64,000 nucleotides of DNA from an uncultured virus (IMG/VR IMGVR_UViG_3300024346_006382) (lineage: Duplodnaviria > Heunggongvirae > Uroviricota > Caudoviricetes). Position 1 is the first letter of the stretch; the number at the start of each line of letters is the position of its first letter. The notes beneath the pieces were generated by a model. The model saw only the letters and a list, made by a program, of their open reading frames with translations, was not told the DNA's origin and searched no databases. The DNA is taken from IMG/VR virus record IMGVR_UViG_3300024346_006382; one strand, 5' to 3'. The translations under genes and the position numbers were made by a program. Of this stretch, positions 1-7,808 are shown piece by piece.

Positions 1-41
1 TTTCAAGACTGTTGCCATAAACCTGACTCGACCACGTTTCC
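1..41 (-). tRNA. tRNA-Ser(UGA), 5' half only (truncated by window edge)
   Basis: Minus strand reads GGAAACG-TG-GTCGAGTCAGGTTTATGGC-A-ACAGT-CTTGAAA: acceptor 5' strand, D-arm, anticodon stem strand and loop CT-TGA-AA. Confidence 0.85.
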
Positions 42-51
42 TTTTAAGTTA

Positions 52-720
52 TTACCAAAAAATAGCTATTTCATTTTCTCTTATATTCAAGTGCATTTGC
101 ATAGTTATTCTACATTCATTTTGATTTAATGAGAAGGGTTCGATTGAATGTAGTATGTGGCTTGCCCACTGAGCTAGCATGCCTTCACTATATTCAAACC
201 TTGTAGTAACATCAGATGTTTTATACAATAATGAACCACCTGTTACAGGTAATGATATTGGTATAATCATTGATACAATTGAACCCGTTGCAGTGATTTG
301 ACTTAAATAAGAAAAATTATCCTTGTGAAAATTATAACAATCATATTTGGATACTGATTGATTCTCACTCATCTCATATATATGAAAACCGGGATAGTTT
401 GCTTTATCTAAGTAAATTACTGGTTTATTGTAAACTTCTTCTATCTTAGTTTTAATCTTATTATAATATGTGTTGAATTGTTCTTTCATAATAGGTTTAA
501 ACTTCTTCACACTTATCATATAAGCAAAATGTTGCCGTGAATACATTCCGGGTGATAACATCTGCGTAGTAATCACATTACTACTTAAATCTTTTTCTGT
601 AGTATGACGTAAATCTTGCCACAATGATTTTAACTCAAAGACTTTATTTTTTATATCAATGATTTCACTTTGATTTAAAAAATCATATTGAAGAACTTCA
701 GGGAGATTTTTACTTGTCAT
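52..720 (-). CDS. Putative 2OG-Fe(II) oxygenase superfamily protein
   Basis: HxD (FHKD), GGSL, distal His (ILHSI) and RxT (RITMQ) in typical order; TATAAATA immediately upstream. Confidence 0.65.
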   Translation of the reverse strand: MTSKNLPEVLQYDFLNQSEIIDIKNKVFELKSLWQDLRHTTEKDLSSNVITTQMLSPGMYSRQHFAYMISVKKFKPIMKEQFNTYYNKIKTKIEEVYNKPVIYLDKANYPGFHIYEMSENQSVSKYDCYNFHKDNFSYLSQITATGSIVSMIIPISLPVTGGSLLYKTSDVTTRFEYSEGMLAQWASHILHSIEPFSLNQNECRITMQMHLNIRENEIAIFW

Positions 721-724
721 GCTA

Positions 725-732
725 TATTTATA
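725..732 (-). promoter_or_regulatory. T4-like late promoter TATAAATA
   Basis: Exact TATAAATA between the tRNA-Lys CCA end and the ATG at 720. Confidence 0.65.
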
Positions 733-809
733 TGGTAGAAGCAGAGGGATTCGAACCCTCGACTCACGGATTAAAAGTCCGTTACTCTAGCCAACTGAGT
801 TATGCTTCC
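733..809 (-). tRNA. tRNA-Lys(UUU)
   Basis: GGAAGCA...ACGGA-CTTTTAA-TCCGT...GGTTCGAATCC...TGCTTCT-ACCA; full cloverleaf with encoded CCA. Confidence 0.96.
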
Positions 810-816
810 ATATGTT

Positions 817-893
817 TGGTGCGACCGGAAGGACTTGAACCTCCGACTCCCTATTTCGTAGACAGGTACTCTAATCCACTGAGTTACGGTCGC
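817..893 (-). tRNA. tRNA-Arg(ACG)
   Basis: GCGACCG...CCTGT-CTACGAA-ATAGG...GGTTCAAGTCC...CGGTCGC-ACCA; full cloverleaf with encoded CCA. Confidence 0.96.
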
Positions 894-1119
894 ATTCTAA
901 AACACACATAGTACACCCTAGTCATCAGAGTTGCCCTCTTGGCCTTATTTTCCACGATGTATGCTTTAGAATGCCGTGTATCTCTACACAACATGATAGG
1001 GTTGATACCCTACCCAGTAGTCTTACTAACATGTTGTCTCCATGCTTTCATGTGTACTGTCCGCCCATTCTATACATTTTGCGCTGTATTACGGCTCTCG
1101 TTGCCTATTCACGCTGTCA
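894..1119 (-). ncRNA. Candidate structured RNA or tRNA-array leader
   Basis: Several hairpins visible by eye: TAGGGT-ATCA-ACCCTA, GTGTA-GAGA-TACAC, AGAG-GGCAA-CTCT, and a 16-bp stem ATTCTAAAGCATACAT/ATGTGTGTTTTAGAAT abutting tRNA-Arg. Confidence 0.35.
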
Positions 1120-1287
1120 TCAATCAGTGTAAGTCAGTTGGTTAACTTTCTTAACAGCCTCTTGATGGACTCTAGCACGTTCAAGTTTATTTTCTATCAA
1201 CTGTGCTACTTGCTCCTTAGTCAAAACATAATTGCTAAACCAATCACGCTTTGTTTCAGAAGTTTTGTATTGTATCTCTTTATCCAT
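1120..1287 (-). CDS. Small hypothetical protein, 55 aa (MDKEIQYKTSETKRDWFSNYVLTKEQVAQLIENKLERARVHQEAVKKVNQLTYTD)
   Basis: Hand-translated, below the ORF-track cut-off; GAGAGGA upstream (long spacing); helical-looking composition; first ORF after the terminator. Confidence 0.5.
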   Translation of the reverse strand: MDKEIQYKTSETKRDWFSNYVLTKEQVAQLIENKLERARVHQEAVKKVNQLTYTD

Positions 1288-1297
1288 TTATTGTCAA
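1269..1297 (-). promoter_or_regulatory. Sigma70-like promoter TTGACA-N17-TACAAT
   Basis: TTGACA at 1297-1292, TACAAT at 1274-1269, 17-nt spacer; overlaps the start of the 55-aa ORF. Confidence 0.6.
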
Positions 1298-1310
1298 ATT
1301 CCTCTCTGTG

Positions 1311-1350
1311 CAAACAAAAAACCCTGAGAGTCTTGCGATTCCCAGGGTCT
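1311..1350 (-). terminator. Intrinsic terminator (attenuator terminator candidate)
   Basis: ACCCTGGGAATC-GCAA-GACTCTCAGGGT followed by TTTTTGTTTG on the minus strand. Confidence 0.85.
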
Positions 1351-1393
1351 TGATAAATTAGTTATGATGTTAACTTGTTACCTAGTCCCCGGG
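1341..1393 (-). promoter_or_regulatory. Antiterminator hairpin, mutually exclusive with the 1311-1350 terminator
   Basis: CCCGGGGACU (1393-1384) pairs with AGACCCUGGG (1350-1341, the terminator 5' arm); the stem continues with GGUAA/UUAUC and AGUUA/UAACU. Confidence 0.75.
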
Positions 1394-1515
1394 CCATGTT
1401 CCTTTGAATCATTGTTGCCGCGAATACTTGTTGGATATGCCGATACAAAGGATACACTGGCTAATGACTGCCATTGTCCCATATGCTTCAGCGTTTTACA
1501 AGTTTTATTCATCAT
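1378..1515 (-). CDS. Putative attenuator leader peptide, 45 aa (MMNKTCKTLKHMGQWQSLASVSFVSAYPTSIRGNNDSKEHGPGTR)
   Basis: Hand-translated; lies between a promoter and a terminator; contains all 20 amino acids; stop codon lies inside the antiterminator stem. Confidence 0.7.
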   Translation of the reverse strand: MMNKTCKTLKHMGQWQSLASVSFVSAYPTSIRGNNDSKEHGPGTR

Positions 1516-1579
1516 AGTCTTTTATTTAGTCCTGGTTGTAAATTAGTGCAATTAAACACCTTTTTTCAATTCATGCTGA

Positions 1580-1608
1580 AGTATAGCAGAATTTTGAATT
1601 ATTGTCAA
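1580..1608 (-). promoter_or_regulatory. Sigma70-like promoter TTGACA-N17-TATACT
   Basis: TTGACA at 1608-1603, TATACT at 1585-1580, 17-nt spacer; upstream of the leader ORF. Confidence 0.75.
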
Positions 1609-1624
1609 ATTTTTGTTAACCCAT

Positions 1625-1753
1625 TTATAGAGTTTCATACTCATCTTTACCACATCCGCATTCTGGACATAAAAATTCAGCGGGCAACTCTTCCCATTTA
1701 CCTTCGGTTTCTTCATCATGGACATGTCCACAAATTACACATACATGATCCAT
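1625..1753 (-). CDS. Rubredoxin, 42 aa (MDHVCVICGHVHDEETEGKWEELPAEFLCPECGCGKDEYETL)
   Basis: CxxCG ... W.ELP..F.CPxCG motifs; TAATG overlap with the rubrerythrin stop; not in the ORF track. Confidence 0.9.
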   Translation of the reverse strand: MDHVCVICGHVHDEETEGKWEELPAEFLCPECGCGKDEYETL

Positions 1754-2217
1754 TATACTGCTCCCTTTGTTAGTTCATCTAATTTTTGTTGATATGCTTC
1801 AGCATGGCGTTTCTCTACTTTAGCAAGAGCCGCAAAACGCTTTTCAGCTTTCTTTAATATTTCTTGGAATTCACCTGCATGACGTTGTGATTCTTCAATT
1901 TGATGTTGTGCTTCTTTTGCCGCATTTAAATTGCCTTCAAATTCAGCAATCTCACGGAACTCCGGGTACATCACTTCAAACTCATAAGTCTCACCTTCAA
2001 TTGCCATCTCTAAACATTGTTTAGTGTCTGGCTTCTTAATAAGCAATTCTAAATGACCCCATGCATGTAATAGCTCCTGGTCTGCTGTATGCTCAAAATG
2101 TTTTGCAATATCTTCGTGGCCTTCAGCACGTGCGATTTTTGCAAAATATTTATATTTTACATGTGCTTGGCTTTCACCGGCTAGTGCCCCTTGTAGGCTA
2201 GTTATAGTTTCTGACAT
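1753..2217 (-). CDS. Rubrerythrin-family (ferritin-like di-iron) protein
   Basis: ALAGESQA..KY.YFAKIARAEG, QE..HA, AIEGETYE...MYPEF, E..HA motifs; no fused rubredoxin domain. Confidence 0.9.
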   Translation of the reverse strand: MSETITSLQGALAGESQAHVKYKYFAKIARAEGHEDIAKHFEHTADQELLHAWGHLELLIKKPDTKQCLEMAIEGETYEFEVMYPEFREIAEFEGNLNAAKEAQHQIEESQRHAGEFQEILKKAEKRFAALAKVEKRHAEAYQQKLDELTKGAV

Positions 2218-2238
2218 AGTTTCTCCGTTGTGTGTAAA

Positions 2239-2541
2239 TTATTCTTCAGTTGGTGTTAAACCATTACTGTGTTTATCTGTTGTTCTTTCAGTATCCTGAA
2301 ACAAACGTTTCTCTTGTGCTGTTAGTTTATCTTTATGCGACCTACGTGGATTGCCACATATATAACATTCTTTATTACCACAATCCATAACATGATGTTT
2401 TGCTAAACGATGCGGTTCTTTTACTGCTTTATCTTTATGTGTTAATCCATGTGCTTTTGCTATCTTAACTTGTTTCTTAACTGCTGTCTCGTCCCGATAT
2501 CGGCGTTGTGAGTTTAAAAATTTTGCTAATTCATTGGCCAT
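2239..2541 (-). CDS. Basic hypothetical protein with CGxxxCxxCGNPRR motif
   Basis: Overlaps the iscU stop; His/Cys cluster suggests metal binding. Confidence 0.7.
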   Translation of the reverse strand: MANELAKFLNSQRRYRDETAVKKQVKIAKAHGLTHKDKAVKEPHRLAKHHVMDCGNKECYICGNPRRSHKDKLTAQEKRLFQDTERTTDKHSNGLTPTEE

Positions 2542-2920
2542 TATATTTCTTTCTATAATCTTCTACTGCGGCTTTGATGGCGTCTTCGGCAAGGATACTG
2601 CAGTGGATTTTGACTGGGGGGAGGCTGAGTTCGTCGGCAATACTGGAGTTTTTAATGGATGTTGCTTCATCCAATGTTTTACCCTTGACCCAGTCTGTGA
2701 CAAGACTTGAAGAAGCAATTGCCGACCCACACCCATATGTTTTAAATTTGGCATCTGTTATAATTCCTGTTTCTTTATTTACTTTAATCTGTAATTTCAT
2801 TACATCACCGCAAGCAGGTGCGCCAACCATACCAGTACCAATATCAGTATCACTCTTATCAAAAGATCCGACATTCCTGGGATTTTCATAATGGTCAATT
2901 ACTTGTGCGCTATAAGCCAT
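2531..2920 (-). CDS. iscU: Fe-S cluster scaffold protein IscU
   Basis: DHYENPRNVGS, GAPACGDVMKLQI, FKTYGCGSAIASSS, LPPVKIHCSILAEDAIKAA. Confidence 0.97.
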   Translation of the reverse strand: MAYSAQVIDHYENPRNVGSFDKSDTDIGTGMVGAPACGDVMKLQIKVNKETGIITDAKFKTYGCGSAIASSSLVTDWVKGKTLDEATSIKNSSIADELSLPPVKIHCSILAEDAIKAAVEDYRKKYNGQ

Positions 2921-2923
2921 CTA

Positions 2924-3040
2924 TCAATCCTTTTTAAAGATAGTGAATATTTTTGCTTGTATATTCTTTGCAAACTCAGGTTGAGGGAAATTCCAACCAA
3001 TAAATGCACCTAGTGCTAACCAAAATAACGTTTCTAACAT
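2924..3040 (-). CDS. Small membrane protein, 38 aa (MLETLFWLALGAFIGWNFPQPEFAKNIQAKIFTIFKKD)
   Basis: Hand-translated; AAGGAG SD and TATAAATA (3072-3065) upstream; hydrophobic N-terminus. Confidence 0.7.
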   Translation of the reverse strand: MLETLFWLALGAFIGWNFPQPEFAKNIQAKIFTIFKKD

Positions 3041-3064
3041 AATATATACTCCTTGTATGTAATG

Positions 3065-3072
3065 TATTTATA
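3065..3072 (-). promoter_or_regulatory. T4-like late promoter TATAAATA
   Basis: Exact motif upstream of the small membrane gene and iscU run. Confidence 0.6.
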
Positions 3073-3634
3073 CATCATATTTCTCATCGTCTATTACAAT
3101 CCAACCTAATTTCAACAAATCTTCTCGTATCTCATCTGTTACACAACTTTCAGGGACAAACTTCTTACTTTGTATATAGTATTCTTGCTGTTCTTTAGTT
3201 AGTGCTTGATATTCGTCATCATCTAATATTTTATTATCTCTAATGCCACTACAGTACCAATCAATGTAATCGCCCTTTTCTTGCATGTCAGCAATAATAC
3301 CACCGGCATGTCTCCAACTACAACTCCAACGTTTCTCGGTTAATATAGGCCATACATCATTTTTAGTAAAATCATTGTTACACATAGAGGCATACAGATG
3401 TTGAGCATATACTTCATTAGTTTTAACTTTATCAACAATCCATTGAGTTCTACGTAAGTCATACTCCATATTATCTTTTTGCCACTCAGGATCTACTATA
3501 TTGGCTTCATCCTGTTCTTTGGCTGTTTTCCATATGTTAATATAAATCTCAGGAAGTTCTTTACCATCTTCTTCTGCACGTTTCTTTGCACCTTCCAATT
3601 GAAAGGTATGACGTTCTGGACTACTACTTATCAT
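3068..3634 (-). CDS. Hypothetical phage protein
   Basis: 188-aa ORF in an operon-like run, overlapping its upstream neighbour; motifs WSCSWRHAGG and YIDWYCSG. Confidence 0.75.
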   Translation of the reverse strand: MISSSPERHTFQLEGAKKRAEEDGKELPEIYINIWKTAKEQDEANIVDPEWQKDNMEYDLRRTQWIVDKVKTNEVYAQHLYASMCNNDFTKNDVWPILTEKRWSCSWRHAGGIIADMQEKGDYIDWYCSGIRDNKILDDDEYQALTKEQQEYYIQSKKFVPESCVTDEIREDLLKLGWIVIDDEKYDV

Positions 3635-4100
3635 CTTCTACCTCTATCCATGTGTGATCGCCTAACCATTTAACTTTGCAGATATATTCATACTGTTCCG
3701 GGGCAGTGCCTGACCAATCATTGGGTCCGTGAATACTTAATCTAGTGTACTGTTTATGTGTGTCAAACAATAACCAGTATATATTACCATTTGCTAACTG
3801 AAAATCATATTTAGCGGCATGCACCATATCAGTCAAGTCTAATCTATGTTTGATTTGTTCTGCTTGCTTCTGTAATACTTCTACAAGTTCCATAATTCTA
3901 TCATATTCTTGTTTGGCATGTAGCCTTGCAACGTTAAGCATAATATCTTTATGCTTTTGCACAGGCACTAAATCAAACTTTGGTCCTGAACTTTCTGTAG
4001 CATATGGTGTTACATTACGATTAAAGAAATGTATTAATGAGCCACTACTAGTAGAGTCATAGCTACTAACACCGTTAGCTGAATTTGGTTTGTCACTCAT
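3624..4100 (-). CDS. Hypothetical protein, DUF2452-like
   Basis: TPYAT..SGPKF, coiled region, AKYDF...GNIYWL, LSI.GP.DW, D.TW pattern recalled for DUF2452; not searched. Confidence 0.6.
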   Translation of the reverse strand: MSDKPNSANGVSSYDSTSSGSLIHFFNRNVTPYATESSGPKFDLVPVQKHKDIMLNVARLHAKQEYDRIMELVEVLQKQAEQIKHRLDLTDMVHAAKYDFQLANGNIYWLLFDTHKQYTRLSIHGPNDWSGTAPEQYEYICKVKWLGDHTWIEVEDDK

Positions 4101-4106
4101 TAGCTA

Positions 4107-4709
4107 TTATATATTATTTTCATTAGTTGCGATAGTCTTTTGGGTAGACTTTTTGGCTTTACTGTAAAATATATGATTACCTATTCTAGCTACTTGTTTA
4201 TATGGCCATAACGGATCTACACTTAAATTATGGAAGAACAGTGCTGTTTTTGGTACTACATCAGTATATGAATCATATGCTAACACATCATATGCTATCT
4301 GTTCAGCTTGTTTGTATTTTGTACTGTTTTTATTGGGTTCAGCTTTACCCTCACATACCCAACTAAACTGGCATAATTTAACTTTTTGTATTTCATCGTC
4401 TATAAGTTTATCTACATGTGATGCTTGATATATTACAGCGCAGGGATCTTTGCCAAAACCATATGCTATTCTATTCATTACTACCCGTGCTACTGCCGCT
4501 TGTCCGTTTATTGATTCACTGCCTGCTTCATAAAATATATTCTTGGTCATACATGCTAATTGTTTTGGATCTACTATTTTTGCTATCTTAGTTTCTTGGA
4601 TAGGCTCATCAGTTTCTATTATAGTATTAGGACCAAATACAAACACTATTGATAAAAAAATAAATGCTATTACAATTTTAATAGGTTGGCTTATGCTGAA
4701 TGATATCAT
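4107..4709 (-). CDS. Cell wall hydrolase, SleB/Hydrolase_2 family
   Basis: C.TKNIFYEAGSE...GQ.AVA.VVMNR, C.VIYQ, CQFSW, IGNHIFY; N-terminal hydrophobic anchor. Confidence 0.9.
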   Translation of the reverse strand: MISFSISQPIKIVIAFIFLSIVFVFGPNTIIETDEPIQETKIAKIVDPKQLACMTKNIFYEAGSESINGQAAVARVVMNRIAYGFGKDPCAVIYQASHVDKLIDDEIQKVKLCQFSWVCEGKAEPNKNSTKYKQAEQIAYDVLAYDSYTDVVPKTALFFHNLSVDPLWPYKQVARIGNHIFYSKAKKSTQKTIATNENNI

Positions 4710-4725
4710 AATTTATCCTTAGGGA

Positions 4726-6717
4726 TTAAACGTTATCCCAACAATCGCAATTGCAACGAATAACTTCGTCTATCGCTTCTTGTATAGTATACATTGATGG
4801 CAATAAGCCACGGGAGGTATATATTGAATTTAGTTCAGGACTAATTAGAGTTTGATATGGCGATCCTGCAAAACTGCCTGGCTCAATTGCTTGACCGGTA
4901 TCTAATAAAGATCCTATACCTGATATGGCATTCAAACCAGTTGGTGTACCGCCTCCGATACCTGCACCGCCACTACCACCGCCACCTCCGCCGCCTCCGC
5001 CTGAGCCACTACCGCCTGAACTGCCACCATCAAGGCTTCCGCTAAAGCTGTCAAGTGTGTTTGCAGTTATACCAGTACCTTGATAAGCACGATTAGTAGT
5101 AAAATAATCATTGGTAGTTGGATCATAGTATCCATACGTATCAGGTGATACAACTCCTGATTCTAATGATGCCGGGTAAGGTACCGGCGTATTTAATGTA
5201 ACGCCGGGCAACACTACTGCTAAGGTTGCAGGTACTGTACCAACGTAAGTTGCTCTAGTTACAGCAACAGGTGACGGAGTAGGTGAGGGGGTAGGTGAGG
5301 GAATAGGAGGAGCGGGAATTGGATAGGGGATAAATCCATTAGCGGGAGGGACTACATTAGGTATCTCCCCGTTTCCTATTAACTGTGCTTCTTCTTTAGT
5401 TGTTAGCTTATTTTCTATATTATTATCTAATGGGATACCCAACTCAGTCAATCTAGCTTGATTACGTGTTTCACGTAACATTCCTACAACACTTCTACCA
5501 CCTACTACACTTAAGTTTGATATAGCTTCTAATGTTTGTGAATACATATGTGGCTGGGTAAACTTAGCATATCTAGGTATACTATCTACAAATGCATATT
5601 GTGTTGTAGGATATCCAGCTAATGTCGGTTCTCTATCGGTTGAAGGAACTGCTAATGGAACTTTTAAAGACATTCCTGTAGCAATAGCACGTTGTTCAAT
5701 GGATAATAATCTACCAGTATTTTCCCAATTAGTGATTAGTTGTTGCGCTCTTGCTGGTTGGGCATTCTTAATCGCTAGTATCTCTGCATTGGCCAATACA
5801 ATATATGCATTAATATCACTAGTAGGGAAGCTTGATCCGCCCGGGGGATAATCAACCGTTGCTGTAGGTACTGAGGTGGTGTCACTGCCAGCTGATGATA
5901 CTGCTACTGAAATAACTCTACCGTATGACCCACTAGCTCCTATGTTAGTATAATCTGTACCAATTGTGGTTGTACCGGATCCACCATTACTAATAGTTAT
6001 TGATGGGGCGGCTGCACCTCCACGTCCATAGCCGCCACCCGGATCAGTTATTGTTAATCCAGTTACATGGTAATAAGTGGTGTAAGACGGTGGAGGGCCT
6101 GGATCTGTTTCTACTTGATAGGTTGTATATTGAACAGATACTGTTGCACGTTCCCATGTTACTGCAAGATATAAGTTTTTATATATATCATACAGTGTAG
6201 GTGTTTCTAATTGTAGTATTAGTTGACGTATATTAATACCAAGATATGGTAATCCACTCATACATCCTAAGAAGTTACTCATAGTATATGTACCATATGG
6301 TCCATTACCTAATGCAATTAATGCTAATCCCTGACTTGCTAATGTTGTATCAGTTGGTACGCTAGATCCATTAACATTTAATCCCTTAGTTGTTTCTAAA
6401 CTAGTTACAACTTGTGCAAACTTTTCTACTGGTATACTTGATATGTTCTTAATCTGTTGCATACTAGCACTAAACGCACCGGCTGCAGTTGCAATATCAG
6501 GAGGAAGTATTCCATCTAAATATCCACCAAACCCTTTTACTGCAGATTGAATATTAATAGTACTTGTAGTAGGACTATTTACTTCAACCACAGTAGTAGC
6601 CGGCGCAACACTAGGTACAGTTTCAGTAGTAACATATGCATTACTATCATTAACCATATTTCTATCTTCAAATAATCTGTTTGAAGTTAATCCTCTATCA
6701 ACGTAAAATCCTGCCAT
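4726..6717 (-). CDS. Putative virion structural (baseplate/hub-associated) protein
   Basis: ITDPGGGY..APSITIS repeat of the kind seen in myophage baseplate proteins; Pro-rich and poly-Gly linkers; C-terminal CNCDCW; near the PAAR gene. Confidence 0.55.
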   Translation of the reverse strand: MAGFYVDRGLTSNRLFEDRNMVNDSNAYVTTETVPSVAPATTVVEVNSPTTSTINIQSAVKGFGGYLDGILPPDIATAAGAFSASMQQIKNISSIPVEKFAQVVTSLETTKGLNVNGSSVPTDTTLASQGLALIALGNGPYGTYTMSNFLGCMSGLPYLGINIRQLILQLETPTLYDIYKNLYLAVTWERATVSVQYTTYQVETDPGPPPSYTTYYHVTGLTITDPGGGYGRGGAAAPSITISNGGSGTTTIGTDYTNIGASGSYGRVISVAVSSAGSDTTSVPTATVDYPPGGSSFPTSDINAYIVLANAEILAIKNAQPARAQQLITNWENTGRLLSIEQRAIATGMSLKVPLAVPSTDREPTLAGYPTTQYAFVDSIPRYAKFTQPHMYSQTLEAISNLSVVGGRSVVGMLRETRNQARLTELGIPLDNNIENKLTTKEEAQLIGNGEIPNVVPPANGFIPYPIPAPPIPSPTPSPTPSPVAVTRATYVGTVPATLAVVLPGVTLNTPVPYPASLESGVVSPDTYGYYDPTTNDYFTTNRAYQGTGITANTLDSFSGSLDGGSSGGSGSGGGGGGGGGSGGAGIGGGTPTGLNAISGIGSLLDTGQAIEPGSFAGSPYQTLISPELNSIYTSRGLLPSMYTIQEAIDEVIRCNCDCWDNV

Positions 6718-7808
6718 TATAGTTGTCCCGATCCTATTTGTTGATTTACAGTTGGTGAACGTAAATCACTGTTTAAACCCTCATTTGTATATATAGGGTA
6801 ATATATTTTACTATTTGCCGGACCGCCTATGATGTTATATACAGGTACTGTTAAGGTTTGGTAGCTGTTAGGAAATAACTTTATAGGATTTAATAAATCT
6901 ACTAATGATTCTATTCCAGCTGTTTTACAATTTAATGATACTAATATATCTTTTAAATCTTGACCTAATATAATACCAAATGCACCGTATATCTTACGTT
7001 CTTGTTCTTTACTTATAGGTTCAGCTAGAGATATTATATCATTTAATTCTGATACTGTTATACCGCTAGCAATTAATGCAAGACTTACAGATTTAGTTAG
7101 TGCGTTGTTTTTTTGTAATGTCATTAATAGATTACTAGGCAATCCGAATGTAGCAATAGATTGTAGATTAATTGCTTTACCACTGGTAATTAAATCTTGT
7201 CCAAATATTGAAGTTGCAATACTTACACCAGTGATATCACCTGTAATAAGGTCATCCATATTGCTATAGGTGCCATCTAAAAATGTCTGTGAATTGTTTA
7301 CAGATAAAATAGCATCATTACTATACTCTATAAAACTATATGTTGACATAAACCCAGATAGAAAATCTTGGTATTTATTTGAGTTCAATGACAACCCACT
7401 GTTATAATTAAACTCGTTATATGCTTGTAGTGCAAACAATCTAACATAACCCCATTGTGTTACATTATTAGTATATGTATAGTTACTAGCCCAATTAGGA
7501 TAACCAGTCCAATTATAAGTAGACGGTGGACTATTACCCATTGCAGGAATAGTTGTCGATCCAATTGATATTAAATTGTTATAAGTAGTGCTATTAACTT
7601 GACCTCTAACGTAAGCATCATTGATTGCATAAGTTAAAGGAAGTAAACTAGTAATACTAACGATACTACCTACTGATTCGCATACACTATTGCTCGTACT
7701 AGTACCCACATAATCAACCATAATAGGATTGATTTGAAACCCAATATTTTGTAATAATGAGCTTAATGCATTAACGCCCAATGGGCTTTGTTTTCCTGTA
7801 TCACTCAT
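6717..7808 (-). CDS. Putative virion structural protein
   Basis: 363 aa, translationally coupled to the PAAR gene upstream and the 663-aa gene downstream. Confidence 0.55.
   Translation of the reverse strand: MSDTGKQSPLGVNALSSLLQNIGFQINPIMVDYVGTSTSNSVCESVGSIVSITSLLPLTYAINDAYVRGQVNSTTYNNLISIGSTTIPAMGNSPPSTYNWTGYPNWASNYTYTNNVTQWGYVRLFALQAYNEFNYNSGLSLNSNKYQDFLSGFMSTYSFIEYSNDAILSVNNSQTFLDGTYSNMDDLITGDITGVSIATSIFGQDLITSGKAINLQSIATFGLPSNLLMTLQKNNALTKSVSLALIASGITVSELNDIISLAEPISKEQERKIYGAFGIILGQDLKDILVSLNCKTAGIESLVDLLNPIKLFPNSYQTLTVPVYNIIGGPANSKIYYPIYTNEGLNSDLRSPTVNQQIGSGQL

Noticed and set aside
915..960. CTGATGA and GAAA on the minus strand suggesting a hammerhead ribozyme
   Set aside because: The required stems II and III could not be formed by eye around the core motifs.
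714..1773. Plus-strand ORFs at 714-911, 939-1145, 1042-1353, 1364-1546 and 1474-1773
   Set aside because: They are antisense to tRNAs, the leader/terminator and rubredoxin, and have no recognisable protein features.
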